Positions 37,130-54,080 of a stretch of 64,000 bases of DNA are shown one piece after another. The stretch is from Prorocentrum cordatum (taxonomy: Eukaryota): contig CAUYUJ010000173.1 of assembly GCA_963575745.1 (NCBI GenBank), positions 1-64,000 on the forward strand, given 5' to 3'. The notes under the pieces are model-generated. The model was not told the DNA's origin and made no database searches. It saw nothing but the letters and a program-made list of their open reading frames with translations. A program made the position numbers and the translations under genes. Each line of letters opens with the position of its first letter. The first letter of the stretch is position 1.

Positions 37130-38045
37130 ATGGCAACAGCTTCACAGATGAAGGGCGGGTGGTTTTCAAAATGTGGGTTTCGCCTTAGCGCCGCGCACAT
37201 TCGTTTTAAAGATTCGTAAGAGCTTCACGGATTGAGGGCGGGCCGTTTTCAACAAGTGGCTCTCGCGCGCCTTAGCGCCGCGCACATTCGTTTTAAAATG
37301 CATAAAAGTTTCACGGGCTGAGGGCGGGTCGTTTTCGAAATGTGGCTCTCGCCTCAGCGCCGCGCACATTCGTTGTGAAAACACGCAAAGAGTTTCACGG
37401 ATTGAGGGCGGGTGGTTTTCAAAATGTGGCTCTCGCCTCAGCGCCGCGTACATTTTTCTTAAATGCAAGAGTTTCACTGATCAAGGGCGGGCCGTTTCCA
37501 ACATGTGGCTCTCGCCGTAGCGCCGCGCGCATTCAAATTGAAAATTTGCCAGGGCTTCACGGAATGAGGGCGGGTGGTTTTCAGAATGTGGCTATCCCCT
37601 CAGCGCCGCGCATCGTCGGTTAAAGAAATGTGCAAGAGCTTCACGGGTTGAGGGCGACTCCTTTTCAAAATGTGGCTCTCGCCTTGGCGCCGCGCACATT
37701 CGTTAAAAAATAAAAGCGTTTCACGGATGCCCATGATCAACATACCAGAAATGGCGTTTCGGAGGGATTCAGGATTGTGCGGGTGCAACAGTTATGTTGA
37801 TTCGCGGTGTTGAAATTCCAAGATGGCGTTCTGGCACGATTCCGGATCGTCAAGACTGGAATTCACATTGATCCGTGGCGTTGAACCCCGAGAACAAATG
37901 TTGGCATGCTTCAGGGTCTTCACGCGGCTGTCTTCCAACGAAGCAGTTCCCTCAATGCAACTGAATCGTTGTAGGGGCCTATGAAGAGAGAGCTTGGAGG
38001 GAGGGTTAATTCCAACATCGTTGACGACTGTTGGGTTTACCCTGG
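37130..38045. repeat. Dispersed element with tandem units of about 83 bp; inverted copy at about 25255-25870
   Basis: GAGGGCGGG...TTTTCAAAATGTGGCTCTCGCC.TAGCGCCGCGCACATT units; the non-tandem part is also reverse-complementary to 25260-25600. Confidence 0.85.
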
Positions 38046-39259
38046 TCCTCCCCCTCCTCCTCCTCCACCTCCTCCTCTTCTTCCTCCTCCTCCTCCTCGT
38101 CCTCCTCCTCCTCCTCTTCCTCCTCTTCCTCCGCCTCCTCCTCCTGATCCTCCTCCTCCTCCTCGTCCTCCTCGTCCTCGTCCTCTTCCTCCTCTTCCTC
38201 CTCCTCCTCCTCCTCCACCCCCCTCTCTTCCTCCTCCTCCTCATCCTCCTCCTCCTCCTTCTCCTCCTCCTCCTCCTCCGCCTCCTCCTCTTTTTCCTCC
38301 TCCCCCGCCCCCTTCCCATCCGCCTGCTCTTCTTCCACCTCCTCCGCCATATCTTCTGCGTCCTCATCCGCCTCGCCCCCCTCTTCCAAGGCCCACACAG
38401 CCCCTGGGCACAGAGATCGGCTGGTTGGGTGGAGGAACAGGAGTAGGGCGCAGCGGAGCAGCGCGCCGAAAACCGCCAAGCCCCTCCTCATATCAATCCT
38501 CCTCTTCCTCCTCCTCCTCCTCCTCCTCCTCCTCCTCCTCCTCCGCCTCCGCCTCCGACCTCCTCCTCCACATTCTCCTCCTCTTCCACCACCACCTCCT
38601 CCTCCTCCTCCTCCTCCGCCTCCTCATCCTCTTAGTATGATTCGTTGTCGTTTTCATGAGTGTGTGCCGTATTTGTATGATGAACATGAGTACTAGTATT
38701 AGTGTAAGCATTACCATTGTTAGTATTACTATTCGTGTTGGTAGTAGTGTTATCATTAGTATTATTGTGGTACGTATTATTAGTAACGTTATCCACGGCA
38801 TTAGTACTATTATTATGAATAATCGTATTGACATTCGCATAAGTATCCTCAGAATCACCAGTACGAGTACAATTTTAGTTATTAGTATAGTAGGGTTGAT
38901 GTTAATGTTGGTATTGTGGGTGTTTTATTACTAATATTAATCTAATTAACTTAAGTTTAGAGTTCGCATTATCAGTATAAAGGTACAAATGGTAATGATG
39001 AGAATAATAGAAATAGTAACATCATTGTGAATGGAATCCGTGTTACTAAAAACAAAACTATTAATAACTATCATACGACTAGTAGGCGTACCATATATCG
39101 TGATAGGAATAAAAATATTCGTAATATCTATTTTCGTATTAATAGCATCACTACCATTACCATTACCACGATTAGTAGCATCATCATGTGTATAAATCAT
39201 GCTATTACAAGCAGTACCAGTAGCTGTATCAATGCTAGTACGATTAGCAATACCATTAG

Positions 39260-39874
39260 TTTCCCAACCATCCTGTGGTGTTGGGCCCCCGTTTTGAAGA
39301 GACAGCGCCCCGCGTTCCTTCCTCCTCACGCTGCCCCTTCCATCCTCCCCGCATCATCGTCATCATCCTCATCATCATCGTCATGATCATCATCATCAGC
39401 ATCACCCTCACGAGGATCGTGGCCCCATAGGAGCTCCACCGAAGGCGCCAGTAGCAAAGTGCGCATGGCGGCCCCGGGCCATTTCGGCACACCCCTCACG
39501 AGGATCACGGCCCCATAGGAGCTCCACCGAAGGCGCCAGTAGCAAAGTGCGCATGGCGGCCTCGGGCCATTTCGGCACACCCCTCACGAGGATCGTGGCC
39601 CCGTAGGAGCTCCACCGAAGGCGCCAGTAGCAATGTGCGCATGGCGGCCTCGGGCCATTTCGGCTGGAGCTCCTATGGGGCCACGATCCTCGTGAGGGGT
39701 GTGCCGAAATGGCCCGAGGCCGCCATGCGCACATTGCTACTGGCGCCTTCGGTGGAGCTCCTATGGGGCCACGATCCTCGTGAGGGGTGTGCCGAAATGG
39801 CCCGAGGCCGCCATGCGCACTTTGCTACTGGCGCCTTCGGTGGAGCTCCTATGGGGCCACGATCCTCGTAAGGG

Positions 39875-39928
<54 letters not shown>

Positions 39929-40027
39929 CGATGATGCGAAGAGGAGGAAGGGGGCAGCGGGAGGAGGAAGGAACGCGGCGCTGTCTCTTCAAAACGAGGA
40001 CCCAACACCACAGGATGGTTGGGAAAT
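39260..40027. repeat. Large palindrome of 88-bp tandem repeats with terminal modules
   Basis: Arms invert at 39664/39665; both ends carry TTCCCAACCATCCTGTGGTGTTGGG; unit starts at 39409, 39497, 39585. Confidence 0.9.
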
Positions 40028-40300
40028 AGTTAGTACGACTTACAAGACATCGTATTGATGTTACTAGTATGAGCGACAGCGGTAGCAGTAGTAGTAGTAG
40101 TCGTAGTCGTAGCCGTAGTAGTGTAGGGGTAGAAGTAGTAGCAGCAGCAGCAGTAGCAGTAGTAGTAGTGGTAGTAGTAGTAGTAGTAGTAGTAATAGTA
40201 GTAGTAGTAGTAGTAGTAGTAGTAATAGTAGTAGTAGTAGTAGTAGTGGTAGTAGTAGTAGTAGTAGTAGTAGTAGAAGTAGTAGTAGCAGTAGTAGTAA

Positions 40301-40332
<32 letters not shown>

Positions 40333-40416
40333 ATAATAGTAGTAGTAGTAGTAGTAGTAGTGGCACTAGTAGTAGTAGTAACAGTAATAGCAGCAGTAGT
40401 AGTAGCAGTCGTAGTT

Positions 40417-40459
<43 letters not shown>

Positions 40460-41309
40460 GAGTAGTAGTAGTAGTCGTAATATCCTTACTCATAGCACGA
40501 CTACTACGAATGGTATTAGTATCAATATGCTTCTGAGTGGGATTACTATGAACAACATAATTGGACTTCATGTCAGCATGCGTGGTGATAGTAAAACTTG
40601 CAATGGTGATAACAAACGTGCTATTCATACTATGAACTATGAACACTAGTAATACTCGTAGTATGATTGTTTCTCCGTATGGCTACTAGTAGTATTGATT
40701 GCTATCAGGTGTCGTACGACTGTTGATCCTATCAGTAATAATATTCGTCGTATGACTAGCAGATGCGCAATAGTTTTGGTATTCGCTCTCGTCTTCGTGA
40801 TACCGTTGTTCTTAGTAGTATGAGGTGTATTCCTTTCTATGTTCATTATTAGTCATCCTGCTAGTCTTAACCGTATGAAGATTATCCTTCCTACTGTGAG
40901 TAGTCGTATTCGTATGTCAGTTCCCCTTCTTAGTAATATGAGTGTTCCTATTATGATTCACCATCGTATTCTTATTATTGGGGTGCTTAAGATGATTAGT
41001 ATGCATATTAGTGTTCCTCCTCCTCCTCCTCATCCTCGTCCTCCTCCCCCTCCTCCTCCTACTCCTCCTCCTCCTCATCCTCCTCGTCCTCGTCCTCGTC
41101 CTCCTCCTCCTCCTCCTCCTCCTCCTCCTCCTCCTCCTCCTCCCCCTCCCCCTCCGTCTCCTCCTCACCACCCTTCCTCCTCCTTCCATCACCTCACCTC
41201 CGCCCCGCCTCCCCAATCCCCAAATATCACCGTCCCCTGAGTTTCTGGGAGCTCGTGCACGAGACAAATCCACGGGGCGGGATCGGTTTTCGCTCGCGCC
41301 CGCCCCGAC

Positions 41310-41357
41310 CGTGAGCTCTGCTACGTACCACAACAGGAAGGCGTTGTCCAGTAAGAC
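41310..41357 (-). CDS. Channel gene exon E5: VSD1 S2, VLLDNAFLLWYVAELT
   Basis: 48 nt; GAG|G acceptor, ACG|GT donor; S2 motif with aromatic-x-x-E-L. Confidence 0.85.
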
Positions 41358-41443
41358 CTCCCGTGGCCGACAGGGGAGAGGAGGGAGGGAGAGGGGAAAA
41401 AAGGCGGCCACATGGAGACAACAGCATGCAGCACCCGAGCGGC

Positions 41444-41488
41444 CCAGAACCGCGAAGTTCTCAACACGGATAAATTAGCGTCGCATGC
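41444..41488 (-). CDS. Channel gene exon E4 (tentative): S1-S2 loop, ACDANLSVLRTSRFW
   Basis: 45 nt, AAG|G acceptor, TGG|GC donor, phase 0/0; supplies the loop otherwise missing between E3 and E5; followed by an 86-nt intron. Confidence 0.5.
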
Positions 41489-41621
41489 CTTCCTTAGACA
41501 CGCCCCACAATCAACTAGGATACGAAGAGTCCTCCTCCTCCTCCTCCTCCTCCTCCTGCTCCTCCTCCTCCTCCTCCTCCTCCTCCTCATCATCTCATCA
41601 TCATCATCATCATCACCACCA

Positions 41622-41670
<49 letters not shown>

Positions 41671-41784
41671 GTCATCCTTTTCCTCCTCCTCCTCCTCCGC
41701 CTCCTCCTCCTCCTCCTCATCATCATCATCATCAGCATCATCATCATCATCACCACCACCACCACCATCATCATCATCACCACC

Positions 41785-41818
<34 letters not shown>

Positions 41819-41836
41819 TCACCACCACCACCTCAC

Positions 41837-41929
<93 letters not shown>

Positions 41930-42030
41930 TTTCCTCCTCCTCCTCCGCCTCCTCCTCCGCCTCCTCCTCCTCCGCCTCGTCCTCCTCCTCCTCCTGCTCC
42001 TGCTCTTGCTCCTCCTCCTGATCCTGCTCC

Positions 42031-42063
<33 letters not shown>

Positions 42064-42361
42064 TCCTCCTCCTCCGCCTCCTCCTCCTCCTACTCCTCCC
42101 CGTCCTGCTCATTACTGTTTGTCCGCGCACGTCCCTAAATCGAGGCGCAAAGCTAGAGCAATCGGAGAAATGGGGCGGATTGCTTCTTACTACACCGCCC
42201 CCCCTAAAAAAAACACTCACCGATCTAATGGTTGCCCCGGTCTGGAAGGCCAGCGATATACGCCGCAGCGGCAGCACCCTCTGCCATCCTGCCGTCGGCG
42301 TCCCGTCGTCGCCGCCGCCGCCGCTCGTCGGCCGGAGGCGCCCGGGCAGCCAGCGGGCCGG

Positions 42362-43745
<1,384 letters not shown>

Positions 43746-45814
43746 ACAGGTGCGAGCCCCGGAAGGAGCAGCGTGTAATTGAAGCAATAGAATGGTTACC
43801 GGAGGGGGAGATAAACTGTGATTGTTCTGTAGACACGAGAATTCAACGACCAAGCTGAGACTGATAGCTCTCATCTGCTCGTACGTCACCCAACATGTAT
43901 TTACAAAGCACTCGATGCTTGCCGTCTCCGTGTTCGATCGTCTTCCCTTTGGGGTGAATCTTCCTTGCCTGTCAAGTGCACTTGGCACAAGCTGTAGAAT
44001 ACAAATAGAAGGGACGAAAGAAAAAGGGACACGAGAAAGCGAGCAGGACACGAGAAGGGGGGGGGAAAGAGAGATGGACGAGGACTGAGGTGGAAAACGA
44101 TGTTGCAGAAAGGAGGAGACATGAGCAAACAAATTGGCAGAGGGACCCTATCGAGCAGGTCAGGTCGGCGGTAGACAAACCTCCCTTTAGTAAACCTCCC
44201 TCGAATGAGAACGGCCCAAGACCGAAACCGACGGATTTGGACCCGAAAAAGTTACGGCCGTGACGCCCTCTCGCGAACCGAAAACGGCCAATTCGCCAAT
44301 CAACGTGTCAGGGTAGGAGGTCTATCAACCTCCGATCTGGCGTGGGGACCCTAACGAGCGGGTCGGGCGAGCGGACCCTAACGGGCTGGTCGACTGGGAT
44401 CTCGATGAAGGCGGGCGGGCTTCCAAGCAGGCGAACGCGCGGACCGTAACGGGCGGGTCGGGCGGACGGACCCCAACGGGCGGGTCAGGCGGGTGGGCCC
44501 CGACGGACGGGCTGGGCGGGCCGAGCGTTGCAGCGAACGTCACGGATTGCGAAGAAGTCTCCGGCGAGAGCACGGTTGCTGCGCAACTTGCGAGGAGGTG
44601 TCGTGCGAGAGCGTGGTCCCTGGGCTTTGAGAGCGTAGCGCCTAAGCAACTTGCGAGAAGTCCCAGGCGAGACCAGGTGCAGAATGTGAGGCTCAACGCT
44701 TTTCCGTACAAAAAACAAATGCGAACCCACGAGGGGAGACATTTCCATGGAAGCAAATCCGGCGTGTGAGGGGGATCAACATACTTATTCTGCAGAAAGG
44801 AAAGCCAGCAACAACAACATCGCCATCGCCATCACCATCAGCAACCTCATCAGCAGCAGCAGCATCATCTGCAGCACCAACATCATCATCACCCTTTATC
44901 ATCCGCATCATCACCATCATCATCACCATCATCATCACCATCATAACAACCACCATCATATTCGTCGGCCGATTCATTGGTATCCTCTCTAATCACTCTC
45001 GCCCTCCTGCACGCACGCAACCCCTCTCGCTCTCCCTCTTCGTACCCCATCACTCCTCATCCTTATATTTCCTCCTCCCTCATACCTGCTATTCCTTCCC
45101 ATCCTTCCGCCCTACATACTCCCTTCCTCTGTATGTATCCCTCCCTCCTCAACATCTGTCGTCCCCTTTTTCCTCACCCTTCCGCCTCCTCCTGCTCCCC
45201 CTCCTTCTCCTCCTCCTCCTCCTACTCCTCCTCCTCCTTCTCCTCCTGCCCCGGAGGGGCACCCCCATAAGCAGGGTGTCGGGTCAAAGCGCCCCCTGAT
45301 GCAGGCGGAGAGCATCGGGCCTTCGAAATCCAAACCCCCGTGCCGCGGGGACGGCCCCCAAAGCGGGGTCTCCTTCCCCAAGAGGACCGCCAGGTTCCAC
45401 AGCTCCGTTGGGGCGGCGCGGGGTTCCCCCCCCCCCGCGTTCGCCGCCTCGGCGCAGGTCGGGCGGCCCTTCCCCCCTGTTGTCCGTCCTCGTCCGTCGT
45501 TTTCTCATTTTCTTTTCGTTCTCGTCGTCGTGTCGCGTTGTGTTTCGGTCCCTGGGTCCAACAACATTCTCCTGGATCCCTTGGGCGGCGGGGGGCCGTT
45601 GTTTGGGCCGTTTCTGTACAAGGGTGGTACGGTTGGTCCCTTGTGCAGTGCGCGGCGGGGATCTCTCGCTGCCCTTTGGGCTCGGTTTTTCACGGCTCGA
45701 CCGCTTCGCCCGTGGGCCGTGTGCGCGGGGCCCCGTGGGAGGCCCTGGGCGCCCAATGGGGCGCCCAGCGCCTCCACGTTGGGCGAGGGCTGTAGCGCCG
45801 CGGTGAACAAAAAA

Positions 45815-47480
<1,666 letters not shown>

Positions 47481-47649
47481 TTATCATACTCCTCCTCCTC
47501 CCTCACCCCCTCCCCCTCCGCACCCGTCTACTCGTTCTTCTCTTCCTGATAAGAGGGAGAGGGAGGAGGAGGAGGAGGAGGAGGAGGAGGAGGAGGAGGA
47601 GGAGGAGGAGGAGGAGGAGGAGGAGGGAGGAGGCGGCACAAATGCCAGC

Positions 47650-49400
47650 TGGTCGGGTGGGCGACCCCACTCTGCACGGGGAGCAGGGGGCGCTCAAAAC
47701 TTCACCACCGTGTTGGGAAAGTTCCCCAACGAGGCGACAGCACAAGAGTCCCGCAGGCCCGTCCACGAGATCGACAGTAGAGCGACATACAATATCTCTG
47801 CGGGAACTTCCTACACCTCCACATCAATCGTGGAAGAAGAGCCGAACATCCCAACACACGACGACAATTGCTACTGAATGCCCAATCGAAAAACTGGAAT
47901 GCGCCACCCTGACGTGGAAAGGGGGAGGCTCACCCAGCAAAGGGCTCTCTGGCACCCCTGAGAAGACTGCGAACTCGAGGAACCAGATGCAACAAATCCT
48001 GGGGGGTCACCCGTCCAAGGCTCCCTGACACCCTGAGCAGAAACTTTCTCGAGAGCACCAGTGCAAATACAAGAACCAGACCGTTGACGGACCAAGACTC
48101 CGCCAAGCTGACTAGCATCAGCGTCGAGTGGAAGCAACTCTCGGAATACCGCCCATACATTGACGGATCGACACCAGCGGCCAGAAACACCTTCAGGCCG
48201 AGATCGAAGGCGATGAAGACGCACGTCGCCTGCCATTCAGCAAGGCGACCAATGCCGAGAAAACATCAGCCCTATGTGGCCACCAGCGCGGCGAGGCGAA
48301 GGGTGACGTCCAGCACCCCCGCCTTCCCCCGCACGGTCTCCACCAGCTTAGATCCAATCGCCCACACCAAACGAGCGAGAACCTATGCTGGACACATGGT
48401 CATCGCTGCGTCTGGGCGCCTTCGCGAATAACCACATCACCACCAACACCACGTTTATGATGGCGTGGGGCATCAGCATTTCGTGCGTGAGCCCTTGCGA
48501 TAGACACCAACGAAACTCGACCAGCCCTCCGCTGCGGAGACACTCTTCAAGAAATTGCATCCCCGAAAAAATCAATCGCACATTCGAAAATCCGCTCAGC
48601 CGTCAGGACGCTGGTGGGCCTGAATTAAGCCAGCTGCCCTTGATAGGTCAAATATATCATGCCGACCGCGCACCCCATGGCCAGACGGCCGCCCCACTCC
48701 GCTAGGAAGATAACCTTCAGCCGAAACAGGTGGGCCGCCTGCGCTAAGGCAACGGGTTCCAACACGCCGTTGTCCCTGCTGAACACATTGGTTCCAGAGG
48801 GCCGCCCAGCTGGGCACGCGCTACTATGCTTCGACTGCATGTCAACCTGTGCAACTCCGCGTCAGCTGGATAGTTGCTTGATTGGGGCTGGTAGCCAGAA
48901 ACCGTACCAACCACCGCCAGAACTGAGGGTGTGTTTCCTGACTTCAAAGAGTCGGAGGGCCAGCAAATGCCCATCGTCGCCGCCATCGGGAATTGTGCCA
49001 TGACGGCTTCGTACGCACACGCGCCGAAATACGTGCGACGGTCGTGCGGGCCAAGAACAAATCTAGCGCATCGCCCGGTCAAGAGGCCAAGTGGCCGAGA
49101 TAATCGCGCGAAGTCACAGGATGGCACAAGCAAGATTACACCGCCAGTGCTGGTTCCGTAACCAGATCAGGATGCCCGAACAGGCGGAACATGCCGAGCG
49201 CCCTGCTGTGTCCCCCGCGCGGCAGAAGAGCTGGCCCTTCATGCCTCTGCAGGATGCCCGCCCCGAGGTCCAAGACCGCCCAGCTGGTCAGGGAGAACCC
49301 CAATTGCCCCCCATCCTTGAGAACAGGGGGCACATTGGCTCTTCTCCGTTGTCCTTGGGGGGGCAGCGCCAGCACCGCCTTCCGCCGCCATGCAACCGAG
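47650..49400 (-). mobile_element. Decayed DIRS-like (tyrosine-recombinase) retrotransposon remnant
   Basis: Ordered but degenerate motifs: RT end (WAVLDLGAGIL, YLGHL), RNase H C-terminus (FRWCLS...NADAPR), possible recombinase box (VFIAFDLGL); many stops and frameshifts. Confidence 0.4.
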
Positions 49401-49619
49401 CGCTTCCAAGAGGCGCCCCCAGGAGGAGGAAGTGGAGGAGGACGAGGGAGCGGGAGGGGGAGAGGGTACGGGCAAGGGGACGGTAACGGGCAGAGGGTGG
49501 AGAATAAGGAGAAAGGCAAAGGGAAGAGGGAACGGAGGGATTGGGGGAGGCGGCTGACTTTCTTGACCGCTCGCCTTGACCCCTCCAGATCCTCTCAAAG
49601 TCTCTCATATTCACGTTAA

Positions 49620-49689
49620 TAGACATTATCATCTGCAACATCAGCATCATCAGCATGATCAACATCCTCAGCATCACCATCAACATCAT

Positions 49690-49742
<53 letters not shown>

Positions 49743-50033
49743 TCATCATCAACATCATCAGCAGCATCATCAGCAAGAGTATCAGCATCATCAGCATCAT
49801 CATCGCCAACACTATCGTCATCGTCGTCGTCATCGTCATCCGTACCATCCTCATCAGCAGCATCATCATCATCAGCAGCAACAACACCATCGTAGTCAGC
49901 ATCGTGGTCGTCATCATGATCATAATAATAATCGTCCGTATCAGCATCATCACCACCACCACCACCATCATCATCATCAGCAGCATCAACATCATCATCA
50001 ACAGCAGCCTCCTCGTCATCATCAGCATCGTCC

Positions 50034-50079
<46 letters not shown>

Positions 50080-51182
50080 GGTCACCATCGTGGTCGTCAT
50101 CATGATCATCATAATCAGCATCACTATTGGAATCATCATCACCATCATCACCTCCACCAGAGTCATCACACTCATTATCGTCATCAACACCGTCATCATC
50201 ATCAGCAGCATAATCAGGCTTATCAGCACTATCAGGACCACCATCACCATCATCATCATCATCATCAGCATCATCGTCATCATCATCCGCATCATCATCA
50301 TCATCCTCATCATCATCATCGTCATCATCATAGTGGGCATCATCATCACAATCGTCAGTCACCGTCAGCGTCGTCATCGCTATCATCATCATGGTCATCA
50401 TCATCGTCGTAATCGTATATGTCGACATCAATAACAGCATCAGCATCAGGATCATCATCATCATCAGCATCATCGTAATGAACATCATCGACATCGTAAT
50501 CGTCAATACCACCGTTGTCGACAATCATCCTCATTACAACCACCAGCAGCGTCGCTGACATAATCATAATCAATATCGCAGTCGACTTTATCGGAATCGT
50601 AATCGGCATCATCGTCGCCGCCATCATCTTCACAACCAGAATCAACAGCAGCATTGTTGCCGTCGTCAGTATCATCGCTGTAATCGACATGGTCATCGCC
50701 GTCAACGTCATCAGCATCATCTTCAACACCGTCATCAGCATTATCAGATTCGTCGTCGTCATGATCCTCATCGTCATCGACATCGTCATCACCCCCATGG
50801 ACATGCATGTCCACCAACATCGCCATCATCAAGATCGATGTCGACGTCGTCATCATCATCACCACCGTTAGTGGTATCGTCAGCATCGGCATCATCACCA
50901 TCACCATCATCGAAGTCATCGTGGCGGTCATCGTCATCAGAATCTTCCGCATCATCACCGGCGTCGTCATCATTATCACTAACACCACCACCACAACCAA
51001 CATGATCGTCATCATCATCAGCAACAGCATCAACCTCATCAGCATCACCAGAATCGTCATCATCGTTGCGGTCGCCATCGCCTTCGTACTCGTTGTCGTC
51101 GTCATCAACATCAGGTCATCATGATCGTCGTCTTCGTATTCATCAGCATCATCATCATCATCATCAGCATCATGATCATCAG

Positions 51183-51220
<38 letters not shown>

Positions 51221-51650
51221 ACACGATCGTCGTCGTCGAATTCATCGGCATCATCATCGTCCTTGTCATCACCCTCAACTTTATCGTCATCATCATCATC
51301 TGCACCACGACAACCCGCATCAACGCCAGCATCGTTGTCCGAGTCGTCATCCTCATCATTGTCAGCGTCACCATCGCCATTACCAACTGAACCATCATCA
51401 CCATCATCACCATCATCACCATCATCGTCGCCGTCATCCTCCTCGTCATCAGCAGCAGTATCCGCATCATGATCCGCATCATCATCAGCAGCAGCATCAT
51501 CATCAGCATCAGCATCATCATCACTACTATCATCATCAGCAGCATCAGCATCGTCATGAACATCATCAGCAGCATCATGATCATCATCATCACATCATCA
51601 TCAGCAGCAGCATCATCATCGACGTCATCATCATCACCGTCATCGTCGTC
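49620..51650. repeat. 2-kb degenerate (CAT)n
   Basis: Direct. Confidence 0.95.
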
Positions 51651-51659
51651 GGTGGAGCT

Positions 51660-52300
51660 GGAACTTGAAACCCCAGATGTTGCAGGCCATTCGCAAAGAG
51701 GGCCAGGGGACGATCCACAGTGGAGTGGCGCCCGCAGGATGGCTGGAGGAAGAACTGAGCACCTGGATCGACGCGCTCTCGCGCTGAATGCGGATTCCCC
51801 GAGTCGGCCTGTGCGTCTCGTGCACGCTGGCTCGCCTCCGTTGGAGGCTCCAGCTGTCCCGAGAGCGCTTGCCGTGCCAGCTGCCGCCGTTGCCTCGTCT
51901 GGTGAGCACTCGCCTGCTGCCGCAGCCGACACGCCCCGCGAGCGAGCTCTGGCTGAAATACGACGCCGGTGACGAAAAGGCCCACCTTTTTCGGCATCGG
52001 ATGACTGTAAATTTCCTTCGGTAAAACCGATGGTAGCCCGAGCAGGTCAGGCCAGAAGGAAATTCGAAGGAGCATTTTAAGGTTAAAAGCGCATAGTCGA
52101 GACGTGATTGTGTGACCACCATTCACGCCTGTGCGTGGCGCTTCGCCTGCTTGCAGCACCGCTGTGCACGCCGAGTCTTCTGGCGAGCTATAGGCCCCAC
52201 GCGTAGCGACAGGTTCATCTCAGCACGAGGAAGACGGCTTTTACAGCTAGCCTGGTAACTTTCTGTCCAATCCCAATACCAGCGCCAGACTTAAAGCCTC
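51660..52300 (+). mobile_element. Second decayed LINE RNase H fragment
   Basis: ARRMAGG, GSPPLEAPAVPRA (compare QTVPRAE), AAD and frameshifted FKVKAH in the expected order. Confidence 0.4.
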
Positions 52301-52489
52301 AACGTCGTTGAATCAGAATCCCCTATCACACCCAACAGGAGCACCAGCACCACTGGCGTCGTCGCCATCCTCGATGGCAGAGGCCAAGACACGCATCGCA
52401 TACAGACATCAAGAACACGTAACGATCCAGGTGAATGACCCAACCATATGTGGGCGCGAGTGCCGCAAGGCAGATGGGACGAAGGAGGG

Positions 52490-53112
52490 GCAGGTCCCTA
52501 TGGGGCCACGGCAGGTGTGGAGGGTGTGCCGACATGGGTGCAGGGCCGCCATGCTAACCCCGCCGCTGGGGCCTTTGGTGGAGCCTCCCCGAACGCGGCC
52601 ACGAAACGTGCGAGAGGTGTGCCGAAATGTGTGCGGGGCCGCCATGCGGACCCTGCCGCTGGGGACTTCTGTGGAGCCGCCTTCTGGGGCCACGAAACGT
52701 GTGAGTGGCGTGCCGAGATGGGCACGGGGTCGCCATGCGGACCATGCCGCTGGGGCCTTCGGTGGAGCTTCCTGTGGGCCCACCAAACGTGTGAGGGGGG
52801 TGCCGAAGCGGGCGCGGGGCCGCCAAGCGGAACCTGCCGCTGGGACCTTCGGTGAACCCCCTTATGAGGCTACGAAACGTGTGAGGGGAGTGCAAAATTG
52901 GGCGCGGGGCTGCCCTGCGCGGGGCTGCAATGCAGACCCTGCCGCTGGAGCCTTCGATGGAGCTCCTTTTGGGGGCCACGAAACGTGCGACGGGTGTACC
53001 GACATGGTTGTGCGGAGGACAGAGGGAAGAGGAGGGGGAGGGGGGAAGGGAGGACGCGGTGCTCTGTCGCTTCAAAACGAGGGCCCAACACCACAGGACG
53101 GCTGGGGGGAAA
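52490..53112. repeat. Diverged repeats of about 88 bp and terminal module, reverse orientation
   Basis: GGTGGAGC...GGGGCCACGAAACG units; ends CAAAACGAGGGCCCAACACCACAGGACGGCTGGGGG. Confidence 0.8.
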
Positions 53113-53200
53113 GAGGGCTTCAGTAACACACATGAGTAAAAATGCATACATGACAGACGTGGAAGCACACACGCACACACGTGACTTGAAAGCAGGAAGA

Positions 53201-53204
<4 letters not shown>

Positions 53205-53252
<48 letters not shown>

Positions 53253-54080
53253 CAGCAACAACAGCATGCACAATGTATGCGGCCTCGATCAACAGCGCAC
53301 ATAGAAGGAAATATGAAATTTACCATAGCATTCATACTGTGTATATGTACTCCGCACGCTTCAGAATGCTACGCAAACCACATATTAAACACGGTCTCAT
53401 ACATGAGGGTTGCAGGTCACGCGCAGCGTGTATGTATGTATGATGTGTGTGTATGCGTGTGTGTATGTATGTATGTATGTATGTATGTACGTACGTACGT
53501 ACGTACGTACGTATGGTTGTATGTATGTATGTATGTATGTATGTATGTATGTATGTATGTATGTATGTGTATGTATGTATGTATGTATGTATGTATGTAT
53601 GTATGTATGTATGTACGTATGTATGTATGTATGTATGTATGTGTGTGTATGTATGTATGTATGTATGTATGTATGTATGTATGTATGTATGCATGTATGT
53701 ATGTATGTATGTGCGTATGTATGTACGCACGTATGAGTATGTAGGTATGTATGTATGTATGTATGGATGGATGCATGCATGCATGCATGCATGCATGTAT
53801 GTGTGTATGTATGTATGTATATATATGTGTGTGAGAGTACGTATGCAAATATGAATACATATGAATGTATGAGTGTATGTATGTTTGTGTGGATGCATGT
53901 ATGTGTGCATGTGTGTATGTATGTATGTATGCAAGCATGTGCATGTATGTATGTATGTATGAATGTATGCATGTGTGTATGTATGTACGTGTGAATGTGT
54001 ATGTATTCACGCATTACACGTATATTTTTTGCATCATACAGAGAAACATGCATACACACATACATACACACACGTATACA
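53205..54080. repeat. (CA)n and (TATG)n microsatellites
   Basis: Direct. Confidence 0.95.

Larger units (their letters stand above)
38045..42100. repeat. Compound microsatellite field: (CCT)n, degenerate and pure (TAG)n, (CAT)n; interrupted by the palindrome and exons E4/E5
   Basis: Direct. Confidence 0.9.

Noticed and set aside
42217..42290. Exon-like block ending in a GTGAGT donor
   Set aside because: Phase and peptide do not fit between E3 and E5; no other support
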